The notes beneath the pieces are model-generated. The model saw only the letters and a list, made by a program, of their open reading frames with translations. It was not told the DNA's origin and did not search any database. From a virus (taxonomy: Duplodnaviria > Caudoviricetes): a stretch of 42,296 bases of DNA. Both the position numbers and the translations under genes were made by a program. The stretch spans positions 1 through 42,296 of IMG/VR virus record IMGVR_UViG_3300049924_000223. The stretch is one strand, 5' to 3'. This document shows, piece by piece, positions 6,734-16,325 of this stretch (position 1 is its first letter; each line of letters begins with the position of its first letter).

Positions 6734-9700
6734 TTACTGTCGCGGAGCACCGAACAGAGCACGGCGGACGCCTTCCGCGTCACGTCCCTTGGCAAAGTCC
6801 TCGGCAATCGCATCGATCAGGCGGTTGACCTGGACGGCGGGGAGGCCGGTAAATACGCCGACCAGGGACGAGAGTGCCTTCGCGTCTCCCTTCCCGAGAT
6901 CGCCGTCGAACACCTCGCCGATGCCCTTGGCCAGCGCAGCCACGCCACGGGTGCCAGCGGGACCGCTGTAGCCGAAATGCCCTTCGACCAGTCCCGAGGC
7001 TTCGCGCAGGCCGATGAGCATGCCCATGCCGTAGCTGACCTGCTCGCGGGCCAGGCTCTTGAGCCATTCCTCGTCGTCGCGCTCGTCGCCTTGTAGCGCC
7101 GACTTGATCAGGCTGGTGAGCAGCGCCGGCAGGGTCCAGATCAGCGCCGTGTCAGTAACCAGGCGCATCCACTTCCCGGCGTTGGCCGGGTCGCGGTAGA
7201 CGCGCCCGATCGCTGAGCCCTGGAGGTTGGCCATCACGCCGAAATAGGAATAAAACGTGGTGAAAATCTTGGCCAGTTCCCCACCGCGCTCGATGCCCGA
7301 CAGGTCGCCAATGCGCCCGCTGCCCTGCGTGTCCACAACCGTCTGATCAGCGACGGCGACGGCTTCCTTGTCGGCATCGGGACCGCTACGGCCCTCGGCT
7401 TCCGCTTTCTTGAGCGCCTGCTCATAGGCGCCTAGCCAGACGGTCGTATCCACGACGCGCTGCACCTGCGTCATGAAGTACCAGCCGGCATTGCGGACGG
7501 TGGCGATGCCGCTACCGGGCTGCACCTGGCGGGTGGCGTCGGCCACCTCGCGCATGAGCGTCTGACTACGATTGCGCATCGTGTCGGACTTGGCCGCGGC
7601 GAACTGGAAGCCGTTGTTGATGTCGCCGCTAAATAAACGCGCGACCCCCTGCGCCATGTAGGCGGGACCTACCCGGGTCAGCGCCGGCAGGAAGCCCGTC
7701 AAGTTCATCAGCGCGGACGTCAGGTTGAGACCGAACGTTGCCGCGCTGTTGTTGATGCGCAGCGCCTTGGCAAAGCGTTCAATAGCGTATCGCGCCGGCT
7801 GGTCACCGGTCGCAATGTCGGTTGCTGTGCGGACGAATTGGTCGAGCGCCCCGCGGCCATACCGGCCAATGATGGCTTGGCTTATTTCGGGATCACGCAA
7901 AAGCCGGTTCTGGTCGAGCGTCAGCTCGCGGTGCGTTAGGTCGTGGATCACCTCGGACAAGTGCTCGCCAATGACGCCGAAATCGAAGCGGAGGGCGAGG
8001 TCGTCCACGTTCATTGCGCGCAGCTTGGTGTGGCCGCGGCGGGTCTGCGCGTTCGCGCCGGCCGCCTTCTGCATCTCCTTGGCGAGCGCCATCTCGGCGA
8101 GGTTTCCCGCCTTGGTGCTCTTGGCCGGGTCGTACTTGATCGGGTAATATCCACCCGGTTGCACGCCTGCCTTGGTCACAAACGGAACCGCCTCGACCTT
8201 CTCCGGGGCGATGCCCTTGGTCCGCTGTTCCAGCGCGGCCACGTCGGACCAGTGCGCGTTGATCTGGCCAATGATGCCGTTGACCAGTTTCCAGTCGGCT
8301 GCGTCGAGTGAGTCAAGCACCGCTTGGGCATCGCCAGCGTTCCAACCACCACGGCCAAGCCACGACATGACGCGCTGACGGCCTTGCTGGTTGCCCCAAT
8401 TCAACGCCAGGGCGATGCGCTGCTCCAGGGTCATGCGCAGACGGGTGCCGGGGATGTCGGCCAAGAACGCGCCGGTCTTCTTCTTCCACTCCTTGAACAA
8501 CGCCGACAGCTTGGCCGACTCCGCAGCGCTGCGGGTTTCCTGCTCGCCTGCTGCTTCGTTACGGCTGCGGATCAGGTAGTCCCACACGGCGCCGCCGTCT
8601 TCGCCGCCGTCCATGCGTCGAGCGAGGAACGAATCCTTGCGGTGTGATTCGATGAATCCCACCATCTTGCCCGTGGCCTTACTGAGGAGGTCGTCGAATT
8701 GCCCATCGGGGCGCACGTTCGGCTGGTTGGTCACGATGCTGCCAACCACGGCGGCGCGGGCCTCGTCCAGCTCGCGGGACCGGCTCGACTTCAACAGCTT
8801 GTTTTTCAGGTTCGCCAGCTTCTCGATATTGCGGACGGCGTTGACCACCTCGGACTGTTCGGCGACGGACAGGTCCGACCAGTTGCGATTGCCCAAGTCG
8901 GCCACGACTTGCGGGTCGATGTCCACCGGCTCGCCGTCGTTCTGCTGACGCTCGATCCACGCCTTGAACGCATCACGGCGTCGCAGGCTGAGCGTTGAGG
9001 CACGGCGCAGCTTGAAGCCGTCGAGCACGGCGTCGATCTGCTCCAGGTATCCATTCGTCCGGCGATAGGTCGCCCCCTGCGGCTGAGCGGTCCACGCGTC
9101 GCGCGCTTCCTCTTCCTTGGCGTAGCTTCCCACCTCGGAGCCGTCCGGCGCGTAGACCGTCCACTCCCATCCGCCCGCCTTGCCGATGCGCTCACGCTTG
9201 GCGATGGTGTCGAACGTGCGCAGGTAGGAGCGTCCCGACTCGCTCGCTTCCTTCGCGTCACGAGTGGCGCGGTAGAGTTCCATTGCCAACGCTTCTTGCG
9301 TCTTGGCGCGGTAGGCTTCCGCCCACTGCTGACGGGCAGCGGCGTCGACCACACGGCGCGCGGCTTTCGCGGCGGCGATCCGGTGCTTGTCGGGTGCCAG
9401 CTTGTAGGCGACGATTTTGGACACCTGATCGCGCGCCACCTGGCGCAGGACTTCCATGGGTGCTGGCGTCTGACCAGCACGGCGTCCCAGCGCGTTGAGC
9501 TCACGGCGGAACAACTCGGCGCGGTGATCGGTCATCAGCGACGCACGGGCCTTCTCTGGCAGGTCCGCCATGGGGTCCGGGTGCCGGCGCTTCATCTCGG
9601 CATCAGTCTCGGCCTCGATGGTCGTGTCGCGGTCAGGCGCGGCGATCATCTGCTCGATCATCGCATCACCGGACGGGAAGCCCCACGCGCGGGCGATCTG

Positions 9701-12700
9701 TTCGACCGGCTGGCCGTTCTCGTTGGCGTAGACGTAGGGCCCACCGTTGGCCTTGCGACCGGGACCGGGCAGCTTCTTGAGCACCGCCTCGCCCCAGGTG
9801 TTCACCAGGTCCGCGCGGTCTAGCTTGGCGCCCTGCATCTCGTCCGGTAGCTTGGTGCCGTCCGGCAGTTCGCCGCGCTGCAGCATGGCAATAACTTGAT
9901 ACACCGGGCGCTTGTCCACCTCGGCGGCAACGTCGGCGCGCACGTTCACGCGTTCAGCGGCGAGCGCCTGCCGGCGATCTTCTGACAGGTCGGCCAGGAG
10001 ATCGCCCTCCATGCGGTCCTGTGTCGCCTGTCGGCTGGTGTCCACGGCGGTCGCGTAGGCGTTCCATTCCTCGTCGCTCGGGAACGACTCGCGCGGCAGG
10101 AGCGCGTCCATGTTGTGTTCTGCCTCCACGGCGTCCGTCGCCTCCTCAGCGGCAACCAAGCGGTCGAACACGTCGCGGATCTCGGGCGTCAGTTCCACGC
10201 GCAGGTTGCCGACGCTCTTGTATATCGCCACCATCCACGACTTGATGCGTGCGAAGGCGCGGCGGAGGTTCGATTGCGGAGCCACGCCTTCCATGAGGTA
10301 CCGCTCGAAGCCACGCGCAAACGTCTCGTGCTGTTCTTCGGTGATGCTCGCGGAGTCTTTCGCTCCCAGCCATTTGAGAATGGCGGCGTGATCTGCCTTT
10401 ATTGCATCGCTCGCCCCTGGCGCCGCGGCAAGATCAGCGAACAGCTCAAGGAACAGATGGCCGTTCTCGTGGATGAAACTTGTCTCGTCTGCCGTGCGGA
10501 ACAGGTTGATATTGAACAGGCGACCAAGGCGACGCTCCTTCGGGAATTGGATGCTGGCGCGGCGGTCTTTTTTGCCGGGCTGTTCGAGTTCGGCTTCCCC
10601 CTCGCGGACGATGCGGAGTGTGCTGTCCTGGTCGCTTTCCGCCCCTGGCTTGTAGTGGCGTCCGCGGCGCAGGCTCCGGAACTCCCCGGCTTTGGTGGTC
10701 TCTATCACATCAATGATGCGCGCCGGCCCTTGCGTGGTCTTGTAGCGAGAACCGTCCTCGGTTACGACGAACGAGCGAGCGGCGGCGGATGTCTCGCGCG
10801 ACTTCTCGATCGTCTCAAAATCCGGGGCGACCTGCCACGCCTCCACTCCGACCACCCTCATGTGTGGGCTGACGTGAATTGCGATGGTTGAACCAGGGGC
10901 GACCGACAGCGACTTGATCCACCCGGCAATATCCTCTGGGCTGGTCAGTGCTACGCCGAGATCGGCGCGGAAGAACGATTTCCCGCCATCATACGACCCC
11001 CTTTCACCCTCTCCATTGCCAAGGCCGACGCCATGATAGAAAGTGTCTCCGTTCAAGACGAGCCCGTCGAACGTCGCGCCGCGCTCCTCAACCTCCGCGG
11101 CGATTCGGCTATAGACGGCACGGTCGGCCTTGCTCGGTGCCGGATTGCCGCTTGGGTGATTGTGTGACCACACCATGCGGTCTCCAGCCACCATGCCGAT
11201 CGAGTCGAGCAAGGAGCGGAGTTCGCCCCCCTGGGCAATGGTCGCCGAATCAATGGTCCCGACCGCCCATAAGCCGTTGCGTTTGACGATTCCATCGGCG
11301 CCGATCAGGAGCCAGGTGGTGCGCTCTGCGAATGGGCTGCGGAATGTCGCCAGGAGTGCCGCGGCATCACGTGGCGTGTTCACCACCGCACCGGCGAGCG
11401 GTAAAACATTGGGGATGCGATCCTCGACGTAGTCGGCAAGGAGGCGCGTTAGGCGATCACCTGGTCCAATGCTTCCGCCATGGCCATTAAAGATCTTGAC
11501 GAGCGCTTCGTCATCGAGCGGCTTGGTATCGCCGCGAGCTAGCTCCCGCTCTACTTCGCCTTCTGGCGTGAGGAACGTTTGCTGTCCAGGGACGTCGTAC
11601 GCGCGGCGAGGCGAGTCAACGCGATTGCCCTGGGGCTGCCCACGGTCACCTTGCGGCGCTTGTCCAGATGGTATGTCGCCGGGTCTTCCATCTTCCAAAT
11701 GGTACACCCCGGCCCCCTCGCGGGCAAGCGACGCCTGAGACGCTTTCTCGGTTTCCTGCACGAGCTGCGCCCATGCCGCGTCCCCGCCAATCGGCGTGCG
11801 GTCGCCGGTGGCCTTGCGCCATTGCTTGAGCAGTGCCTCTAGGTCCAGGCGGCCGGACTTTGGGGCATCGACTACGGCGGCACCTTGCGCCGCTTCCGTC
11901 TGCCGCTCCTCGTACTCGGCGAGCTTGGCGCGGATTTGCTTGTTGCTCATCGACACGTCAGCACCAGCGGCGCGGATGGCTTCGGCGAGGGTGTCGAGGG
12001 ATTCTAGAAGATCGCGCCCCTGCTCGCTCTGGCTGGCTTCCTCGGCGGTCGGGATCTCCTGCTTGCGCACGCGCTCAATCATCGCATCGAGTAAGTCGAA
12101 CTTTTCGCCCTTCAACGCGCGCTGAATCTCGCCACGGACGCGGACTTTTACGATCTCGGCGATGGTCTTGCCTTCGCGCTTGGCCAACTGCTTGACGCCT
12201 GCAGTGAGCGTGCGGACGGAATCACGGAGCGCGCCACGGTCGACGGTCTGCGGCGCGGCGGCATCGGCCTGCTTGAAGGTTTCGGTCTCGAACTCGGCAG
12301 CCTCGGCGGTAAGCGGGTCGGCTTCGTTGGTGGTGGTTTGGGCGCGGGCTTCGTTCTGCAGCGCCTTGAGCGCATCGGGGGCGCGGGCGGTGAACTCCTC
12401 GCCCTCGGTGGCGGTGGTCGCGGTCGGCTTGCGGCGGGCGTGTGCGATCAACTTGCGTAAAGACTCGTCCTTGGCGGCAGTCTGTAGCAGGGTCGCGGTC
12501 GACACCTGGAGCTGTCCGCCCATGGCCAGGGCGGTAGCGTATTCCTGCGACACGCCAAGGGTGGCAGCAGCAGCGGCGGGATCGTCGAACACGGCGCGGA
12601 ATTGCTCGGCGTCGATGAAGGTGTCGGCGCTCGACTGGCCAAGGGTGGTTTCGAGTAGCGCCTTGACCTCGGCGGGGCTGCGCTCGTTGGTCTTGGATTC

Positions 12701-14077
12701 GGCGAGTTGGTCGACCATCCGCTCCAGGCGCTCGGCGTGCACCTCGGCGCGGCGGGCCTCCTCGCCGTCTTGGGCGAACTTGTCGGCAATGGTGGCCGGT
12801 AGGTTGAACGTACCGCCAGCAACGCCGCCAACGGTCGCGGCGACGGTCAGGCGACGGAACAGCTTGTCAGGATCCAGGGCGGTCGGATCGGCACCGGTTG
12901 CCACTTCGCGGACAGCGTGCGCCCATTCGGTGACGGCTTCCTCGGTGGCTTCCATCCCGGCATCGGTGAGCAGAGACTTGACGGCACCGCGCCAGCCTTG
13001 GGCGGCAACGTCAGAGCCGGGGATGATCGCACGCTCCAAGCCGGTGCGACCGAACGCGCCAGGGACGGCGGTTTCGACCAGCCATGCGAGGGCACCATCG
13101 ACGGCGCCGTTGTCCTGGCCTTCGTTCAGGCCTTCGCGGATGGCCAGCGGTTGCACGGCACCGGCAACCTGCACGGCAGTCGTGGTGCGACGGGCAACGG
13201 TGCGTCCGACCACCTGTGCCACAGCAGCGCGGGCGCGGGTCATGCGGACCAGGGAGTCGACGCCCTTGGCGATGGGTCCGCCTGCGATCATCAGCGGAGC
13301 GTCAGCGATCAGCCCGCCGACACCGCGCTGGACATCACCGAACCACCCTGGGGCATTGACCATGGAGGCGTCGATTATCTCGTCGCCAGCGCGGTCGTAC
13401 TCAGTGCGCGTGCCAATCGCCCGTTGCGTGCTCTGGATCGATTGGGCAGCGCCGGCCATCAGGTTCCCAACCCAGCCCCATTCGCGGTCGTAGTCCTCGG
13501 CATTCATGGTGCTCTGGATCTCGCGGGCGAGATCACGATCGCCACGGGCCGACAGGTGGTCGCTCAGCTCGCGGAGATCCTTGAACACCTCGGCTTGTGA
13601 GCCGTCGCCGATCGGGCTGATGATGGTGTCGCCGTCGAATAGGTAACCGGGCGGCAGGATGCCGGTGGGATCTTCGCCGCTGATGGCACGGGCTGACACA
13701 TCGATCTGGCGCAGGCTGTCGACGTCGTCGTTGCTGATGGCGGCGCGGTCGGGGTGGCTCAGCCAGTCAGCCAGTTGCGGGTGGGATTGGCGCAGGGCGT
13801 CCGGGTCGTAGGTCTTGCGGAAGCTGCTCGCCACCTCGTCGAGGTTGTTTTCCACCAAGTCCACCGGCAGGTTGGCCACCTTGGCCAGTTCGACGGCACG
13901 GGCGCGGGTGTCGGGGTTAGCGGTCTTCGCTAGCTCCATCGACACCTTGAGCACCTGGCGCTGCGATCCGGCGACTTGTGACGCTGCCGCCTTGAACGGG
14001 TTGGCGTTCGCTTCCTGGTCTAGGCGCTTGTTTTCGTCGGCGATTTGCTGCGCGGCGGTGCTGAACTCGTTGGGCAT
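6734..14077 (-). CDS. Giant internal virion/ejection protein of polyvalent type with RadC/JAB domain and HExxH motif (2447 aa)
   Basis: Position after two internal virion genes; WSHNHPSGNPAPSKAD JAB motif; TSFIHENGHLFLE...HETFARGFERYLMEGVAP zincin-like region; C-terminal hydrophobic helices. Confidence 0.85.
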   Translation of the reverse strand: MPNEFSTAAQQIADENKRLDQEANANPFKAAASQVAGSQRQVLKVSMELAKTANPDTRARAVELAKVANLPVDLVENNLDEVASSFRKTYDPDALRQSHPQLADWLSHPDRAAISNDDVDSLRQIDVSARAISGEDPTGILPPGYLFDGDTIISPIGDGSQAEVFKDLRELSDHLSARGDRDLAREIQSTMNAEDYDREWGWVGNLMAGAAQSIQSTQRAIGTRTEYDRAGDEIIDASMVNAPGWFGDVQRGVGGLIADAPLMIAGGPIAKGVDSLVRMTRARAAVAQVVGRTVARRTTTAVQVAGAVQPLAIREGLNEGQDNGAVDGALAWLVETAVPGAFGRTGLERAIIPGSDVAAQGWRGAVKSLLTDAGMEATEEAVTEWAHAVREVATGADPTALDPDKLFRRLTVAATVGGVAGGTFNLPATIADKFAQDGEEARRAEVHAERLERMVDQLAESKTNERSPAEVKALLETTLGQSSADTFIDAEQFRAVFDDPAAAAATLGVSQEYATALAMGGQLQVSTATLLQTAAKDESLRKLIAHARRKPTATTATEGEEFTARAPDALKALQNEARAQTTTNEADPLTAEAAEFETETFKQADAAAPQTVDRGALRDSVRTLTAGVKQLAKREGKTIAEIVKVRVRGEIQRALKGEKFDLLDAMIERVRKQEIPTAEEASQSEQGRDLLESLDTLAEAIRAAGADVSMSNKQIRAKLAEYEERQTEAAQGAAVVDAPKSGRLDLEALLKQWRKATGDRTPIGGDAAWAQLVQETEKASQASLAREGAGVYHLEDGRPGDIPSGQAPQGDRGQPQGNRVDSPRRAYDVPGQQTFLTPEGEVERELARGDTKPLDDEALVKIFNGHGGSIGPGDRLTRLLADYVEDRIPNVLPLAGAVVNTPRDAAALLATFRSPFAERTTWLLIGADGIVKRNGLWAVGTIDSATIAQGGELRSLLDSIGMVAGDRMVWSHNHPSGNPAPSKADRAVYSRIAAEVEERGATFDGLVLNGDTFYHGVGLGNGEGERGSYDGGKSFFRADLGVALTSPEDIAGWIKSLSVAPGSTIAIHVSPHMRVVGVEAWQVAPDFETIEKSRETSAAARSFVVTEDGSRYKTTQGPARIIDVIETTKAGEFRSLRRGRHYKPGAESDQDSTLRIVREGEAELEQPGKKDRRASIQFPKERRLGRLFNINLFRTADETSFIHENGHLFLELFADLAAAPGASDAIKADHAAILKWLGAKDSASITEEQHETFARGFERYLMEGVAPQSNLRRAFARIKSWMVAIYKSVGNLRVELTPEIRDVFDRLVAAEEATDAVEAEHNMDALLPRESFPSDEEWNAYATAVDTSRQATQDRMEGDLLADLSEDRRQALAAERVNVRADVAAEVDKRPVYQVIAMLQRGELPDGTKLPDEMQGAKLDRADLVNTWGEAVLKKLPGPGRKANGGPYVYANENGQPVEQIARAWGFPSGDAMIEQMIAAPDRDTTIEAETDAEMKRRHPDPMADLPEKARASLMTDHRAELFRRELNALGRRAGQTPAPMEVLRQVARDQVSKIVAYKLAPDKHRIAAAKAARRVVDAAARQQWAEAYRAKTQEALAMELYRATRDAKEASESGRSYLRTFDTIAKRERIGKAGGWEWTVYAPDGSEVGSYAKEEEARDAWTAQPQGATYRRTNGYLEQIDAVLDGFKLRRASTLSLRRRDAFKAWIERQQNDGEPVDIDPQVVADLGNRNWSDLSVAEQSEVVNAVRNIEKLANLKNKLLKSSRSRELDEARAAVVGSIVTNQPNVRPDGQFDDLLSKATGKMVGFIESHRKDSFLARRMDGGEDGGAVWDYLIRSRNEAAGEQETRSAAESAKLSALFKEWKKKTGAFLADIPGTRLRMTLEQRIALALNWGNQQGRQRVMSWLGRGGWNAGDAQAVLDSLDAADWKLVNGIIGQINAHWSDVAALEQRTKGIAPEKVEAVPFVTKAGVQPGGYYPIKYDPAKSTKAGNLAEMALAKEMQKAAGANAQTRRGHTKLRAMNVDDLALRFDFGVIGEHLSEVIHDLTHRELTLDQNRLLRDPEISQAIIGRYGRGALDQFVRTATDIATGDQPARYAIERFAKALRINNSAATFGLNLTSALMNLTGFLPALTRVGPAYMAQGVARLFSGDINNGFQFAAAKSDTMRNRSQTLMREVADATRQVQPGSGIATVRNAGWYFMTQVQRVVDTTVWLGAYEQALKKAEAEGRSGPDADKEAVAVADQTVVDTQGSGRIGDLSGIERGGELAKIFTTFYSYFGVMANLQGSAIGRVYRDPANAGKWMRLVTDTALIWTLPALLTSLIKSALQGDERDDEEWLKSLAREQVSYGMGMLIGLREASGLVEGHFGYSGPAGTRGVAALAKGIGEVFDGDLGKGDAKALSSLVGVFTGLPAVQVNRLIDAIAEDFAKGRDAEGVRRALFGAPRQ

Positions 14078-15837
14078 TACGGGGCCTTGCTGACGGTCGC
14101 GTTGTAGGTGCTGAGGATCTGGTCCTCGGTCGGGTTCTCGATGCCGGACTCGCGCAGGGCTTCCACCGCCAGCGGCATTGACTCGGCTGGAACCTGTGCG
14201 ACAGAGAAGGCGCGGCGGTCGGCGCCGGCATCCTCAAAGGCGCGGACCTTGGTCTCGCCGTCTACGCCAACGCCAGCCATGCCAGCTAGCCCAACCGTTA
14301 AGAAGTTGGTTACCTTGCCGGCAGTGCTGGCGGCAGCCTTGCGGTTTTCTTCGAGGATTAGACGCATGCCGATGGTGCGGATGCGGTCGTTGTCGAGTTT
14401 GTCGAGTCCGCCCTCCGCGAGGATGGCCTTGTCGAGCTGCGTCTTGAAAGCCACGGCTCGCGGGTCGAGCTTGCCGTCCGCGAGGTTGGGATTGATGTCG
14501 ATAGAGCGCAGGATGCCGTTGGCCACGTCCTCGGAGCTCAGGAGGCCACGCGCGGGCTTGCTGTCCTTGGTCGCTGAACCGATCCGGCGGGCGTTCATGT
14601 CGGCCTGCAGTTCGATCATTGCTTGACGCTCTGGCTCGCTGATGCGTCCGCGGTACAGCTTGAGGTCTTCGCGCATGAATGCGTCAGGAGTCACGGCGGC
14701 GGCATTGCGGAGCGCGTAATACGAATCCGAACCGGCCGGAACCGCCTTGCGTGCGGCAGCGCGGGCGGCGGTTGCGCGCAGCTGGTCCTTGTCGGCTTGC
14801 TCCAGGGCGGCGGCATCGCGGTGCTTGGCGATCAGGTCCTCGACATCGGCACCGGCATCGACCTCCTTGGCGATGCTCTCAAAGGCGGCGCCGCGCGCCT
14901 CAGCAAGGGCGACCTTCCGGCGTGCGAACTCCTGCGACACCTTCACTTGCACGCGGTCGCGGAGGTCGGCGTCGTCAATCGTCTTGATCATGCGGTCGGC
15001 GTCGGCCGGATTCTCAGCGTATCCGCTTTTAAAGATGACGTCCGTGTACTCCTGCGCCTTCTGGTTGAGACTACCGGCGCGGATCTTTCCCTCCATCTGC
15101 ACGCGCGTGCTCTTGTCGAGGCGGTCGCCGTAGCGGGCGAGGTAGTCCTCCGCGGTTTTCCAGTTTGACCCCTCGATCGCATTGGAGATGGCAGCGCCGT
15201 AGAGGCCGGCGGCATCCTTGCGGTGCTCCACCTCCAACGTCTGACCATCCATGCCGAGGTGCTGACCGAGGCGCTGACGCTCAACGCGGCGCATGCGCTC
15301 CGCGTATTCGAGCGCCGCGGGCGATCCGTCCTCCAGCGCATCAAGGCCGAGGCGCTCGATCGAGCCGTTGAACGTGTCGGCGGTGTATTTCTTGGCCTGC
15401 TCGCGGGTGTGCCCCTGGATCTGTGCGTCGGTCTGCAGCCACCGACGATCCGTCAGCTGACGGAAACGCTCCTTAGAACCTGGGCGGGTGAGCTTGGCTT
15501 CCAGCTCGTCGCGGCTCTTATCGTGGTCCTCGCGGGCGACCTTCGGGAGATCGAGCGCCTTGCTCCCGGTGCGCGTGAGATAATCTGCGCGGCGATCGTT
15601 TTCTTGGTCCACAAATTGATTGAAGGCGTCGAGGGATTCGACCTCGTCGCGCTTCCTCTCTTCCTCTTGGCGCAGCTGGTTAGCCTGCGCTATGCCGATA
15701 ACGGCACGGCGGGCACCATCAGCAATGGGAGCGCCAAAAGCGTCAGGCGACGCCATCGCCGGGTTGGCGAGCGGTGCATCGATGGGGCGGCGTCCGACTT
15801 TCAAGTCGCCGTACTGCTCAATTTGCGGGCCGGGCAT
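14077..15837 (-). CDS. Internal virion protein (586 aa)
   Basis: Helical and charged; MPGPQIEQY...DAFGA N-terminus; synteny with podophage ejection proteins. Confidence 0.7.
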   Translation of the reverse strand: MPGPQIEQYGDLKVGRRPIDAPLANPAMASPDAFGAPIADGARRAVIGIAQANQLRQEEERKRDEVESLDAFNQFVDQENDRRADYLTRTGSKALDLPKVAREDHDKSRDELEAKLTRPGSKERFRQLTDRRWLQTDAQIQGHTREQAKKYTADTFNGSIERLGLDALEDGSPAALEYAERMRRVERQRLGQHLGMDGQTLEVEHRKDAAGLYGAAISNAIEGSNWKTAEDYLARYGDRLDKSTRVQMEGKIRAGSLNQKAQEYTDVIFKSGYAENPADADRMIKTIDDADLRDRVQVKVSQEFARRKVALAEARGAAFESIAKEVDAGADVEDLIAKHRDAAALEQADKDQLRATAARAAARKAVPAGSDSYYALRNAAAVTPDAFMREDLKLYRGRISEPERQAMIELQADMNARRIGSATKDSKPARGLLSSEDVANGILRSIDINPNLADGKLDPRAVAFKTQLDKAILAEGGLDKLDNDRIRTIGMRLILEENRKAAASTAGKVTNFLTVGLAGMAGVGVDGETKVRAFEDAGADRRAFSVAQVPAESMPLAVEALRESGIENPTEDQILSTYNATVSKAP

Positions 15838-16325
15838 TACGCGTCCCCTCCCTGAATCCGTGGGCGGTCGAACTGGTAGTAGGTCCGCGCGCTGTCACCG
15901 AGACCGCCAAGGAGCTGACCGGTGGCCTGGTTGCGGCCGGCGCGATACGCGTAGCGGCCAGCCTGACGCATGTTGCTGGACTGCGACCGGATGCCCCACG
16001 CCTCGTCATAGGCGTTTTGCTGCGCCTGCGCGGCGTCATGCGCACCCATGACCAGGGTGTCGTTGGTCAGGTCAACCGGGACGCCGGTGGACACGTCGAG
16101 GCCCTGCGCCGCGGCCTGCGCCTGCTGACGGCCAACCATCGCGCGAGTGCTGCGGTGGATGCGGCGAACATCGGCGGCGCCACGTTCCAGTGCATCGTTC
16201 GCCTGATTGTCAAGCAGGTCGGCGTTGCGGTTGGAAATCTTGCGCTGCTCGCTGGCTGCCCTGTTCTGTGCATAGGCGCCATATGCCGCGGGTGCCGCGG
16301 TTGCTGCTACAAGTGCGGCCTGCAT
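15837..16325 (-). CDS. Small internal virion protein (162 aa)
   Basis: DALERG...GRQQAQAAAQGLDVSTG...NAYDEAWG pattern typical of T7 gp14-like proteins; start coupled to the nozzle stop. Confidence 0.75.
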   Translation of the reverse strand: MQAALVAATAAPAAYGAYAQNRAASEQRKISNRNADLLDNQANDALERGAADVRRIHRSTRAMVGRQQAQAAAQGLDVSTGVPVDLTNDTLVMGAHDAAQAQQNAYDEAWGIRSQSSNMRQAGRYAYRAGRNQATGQLLGGLGDSARTYYQFDRPRIQGGDA

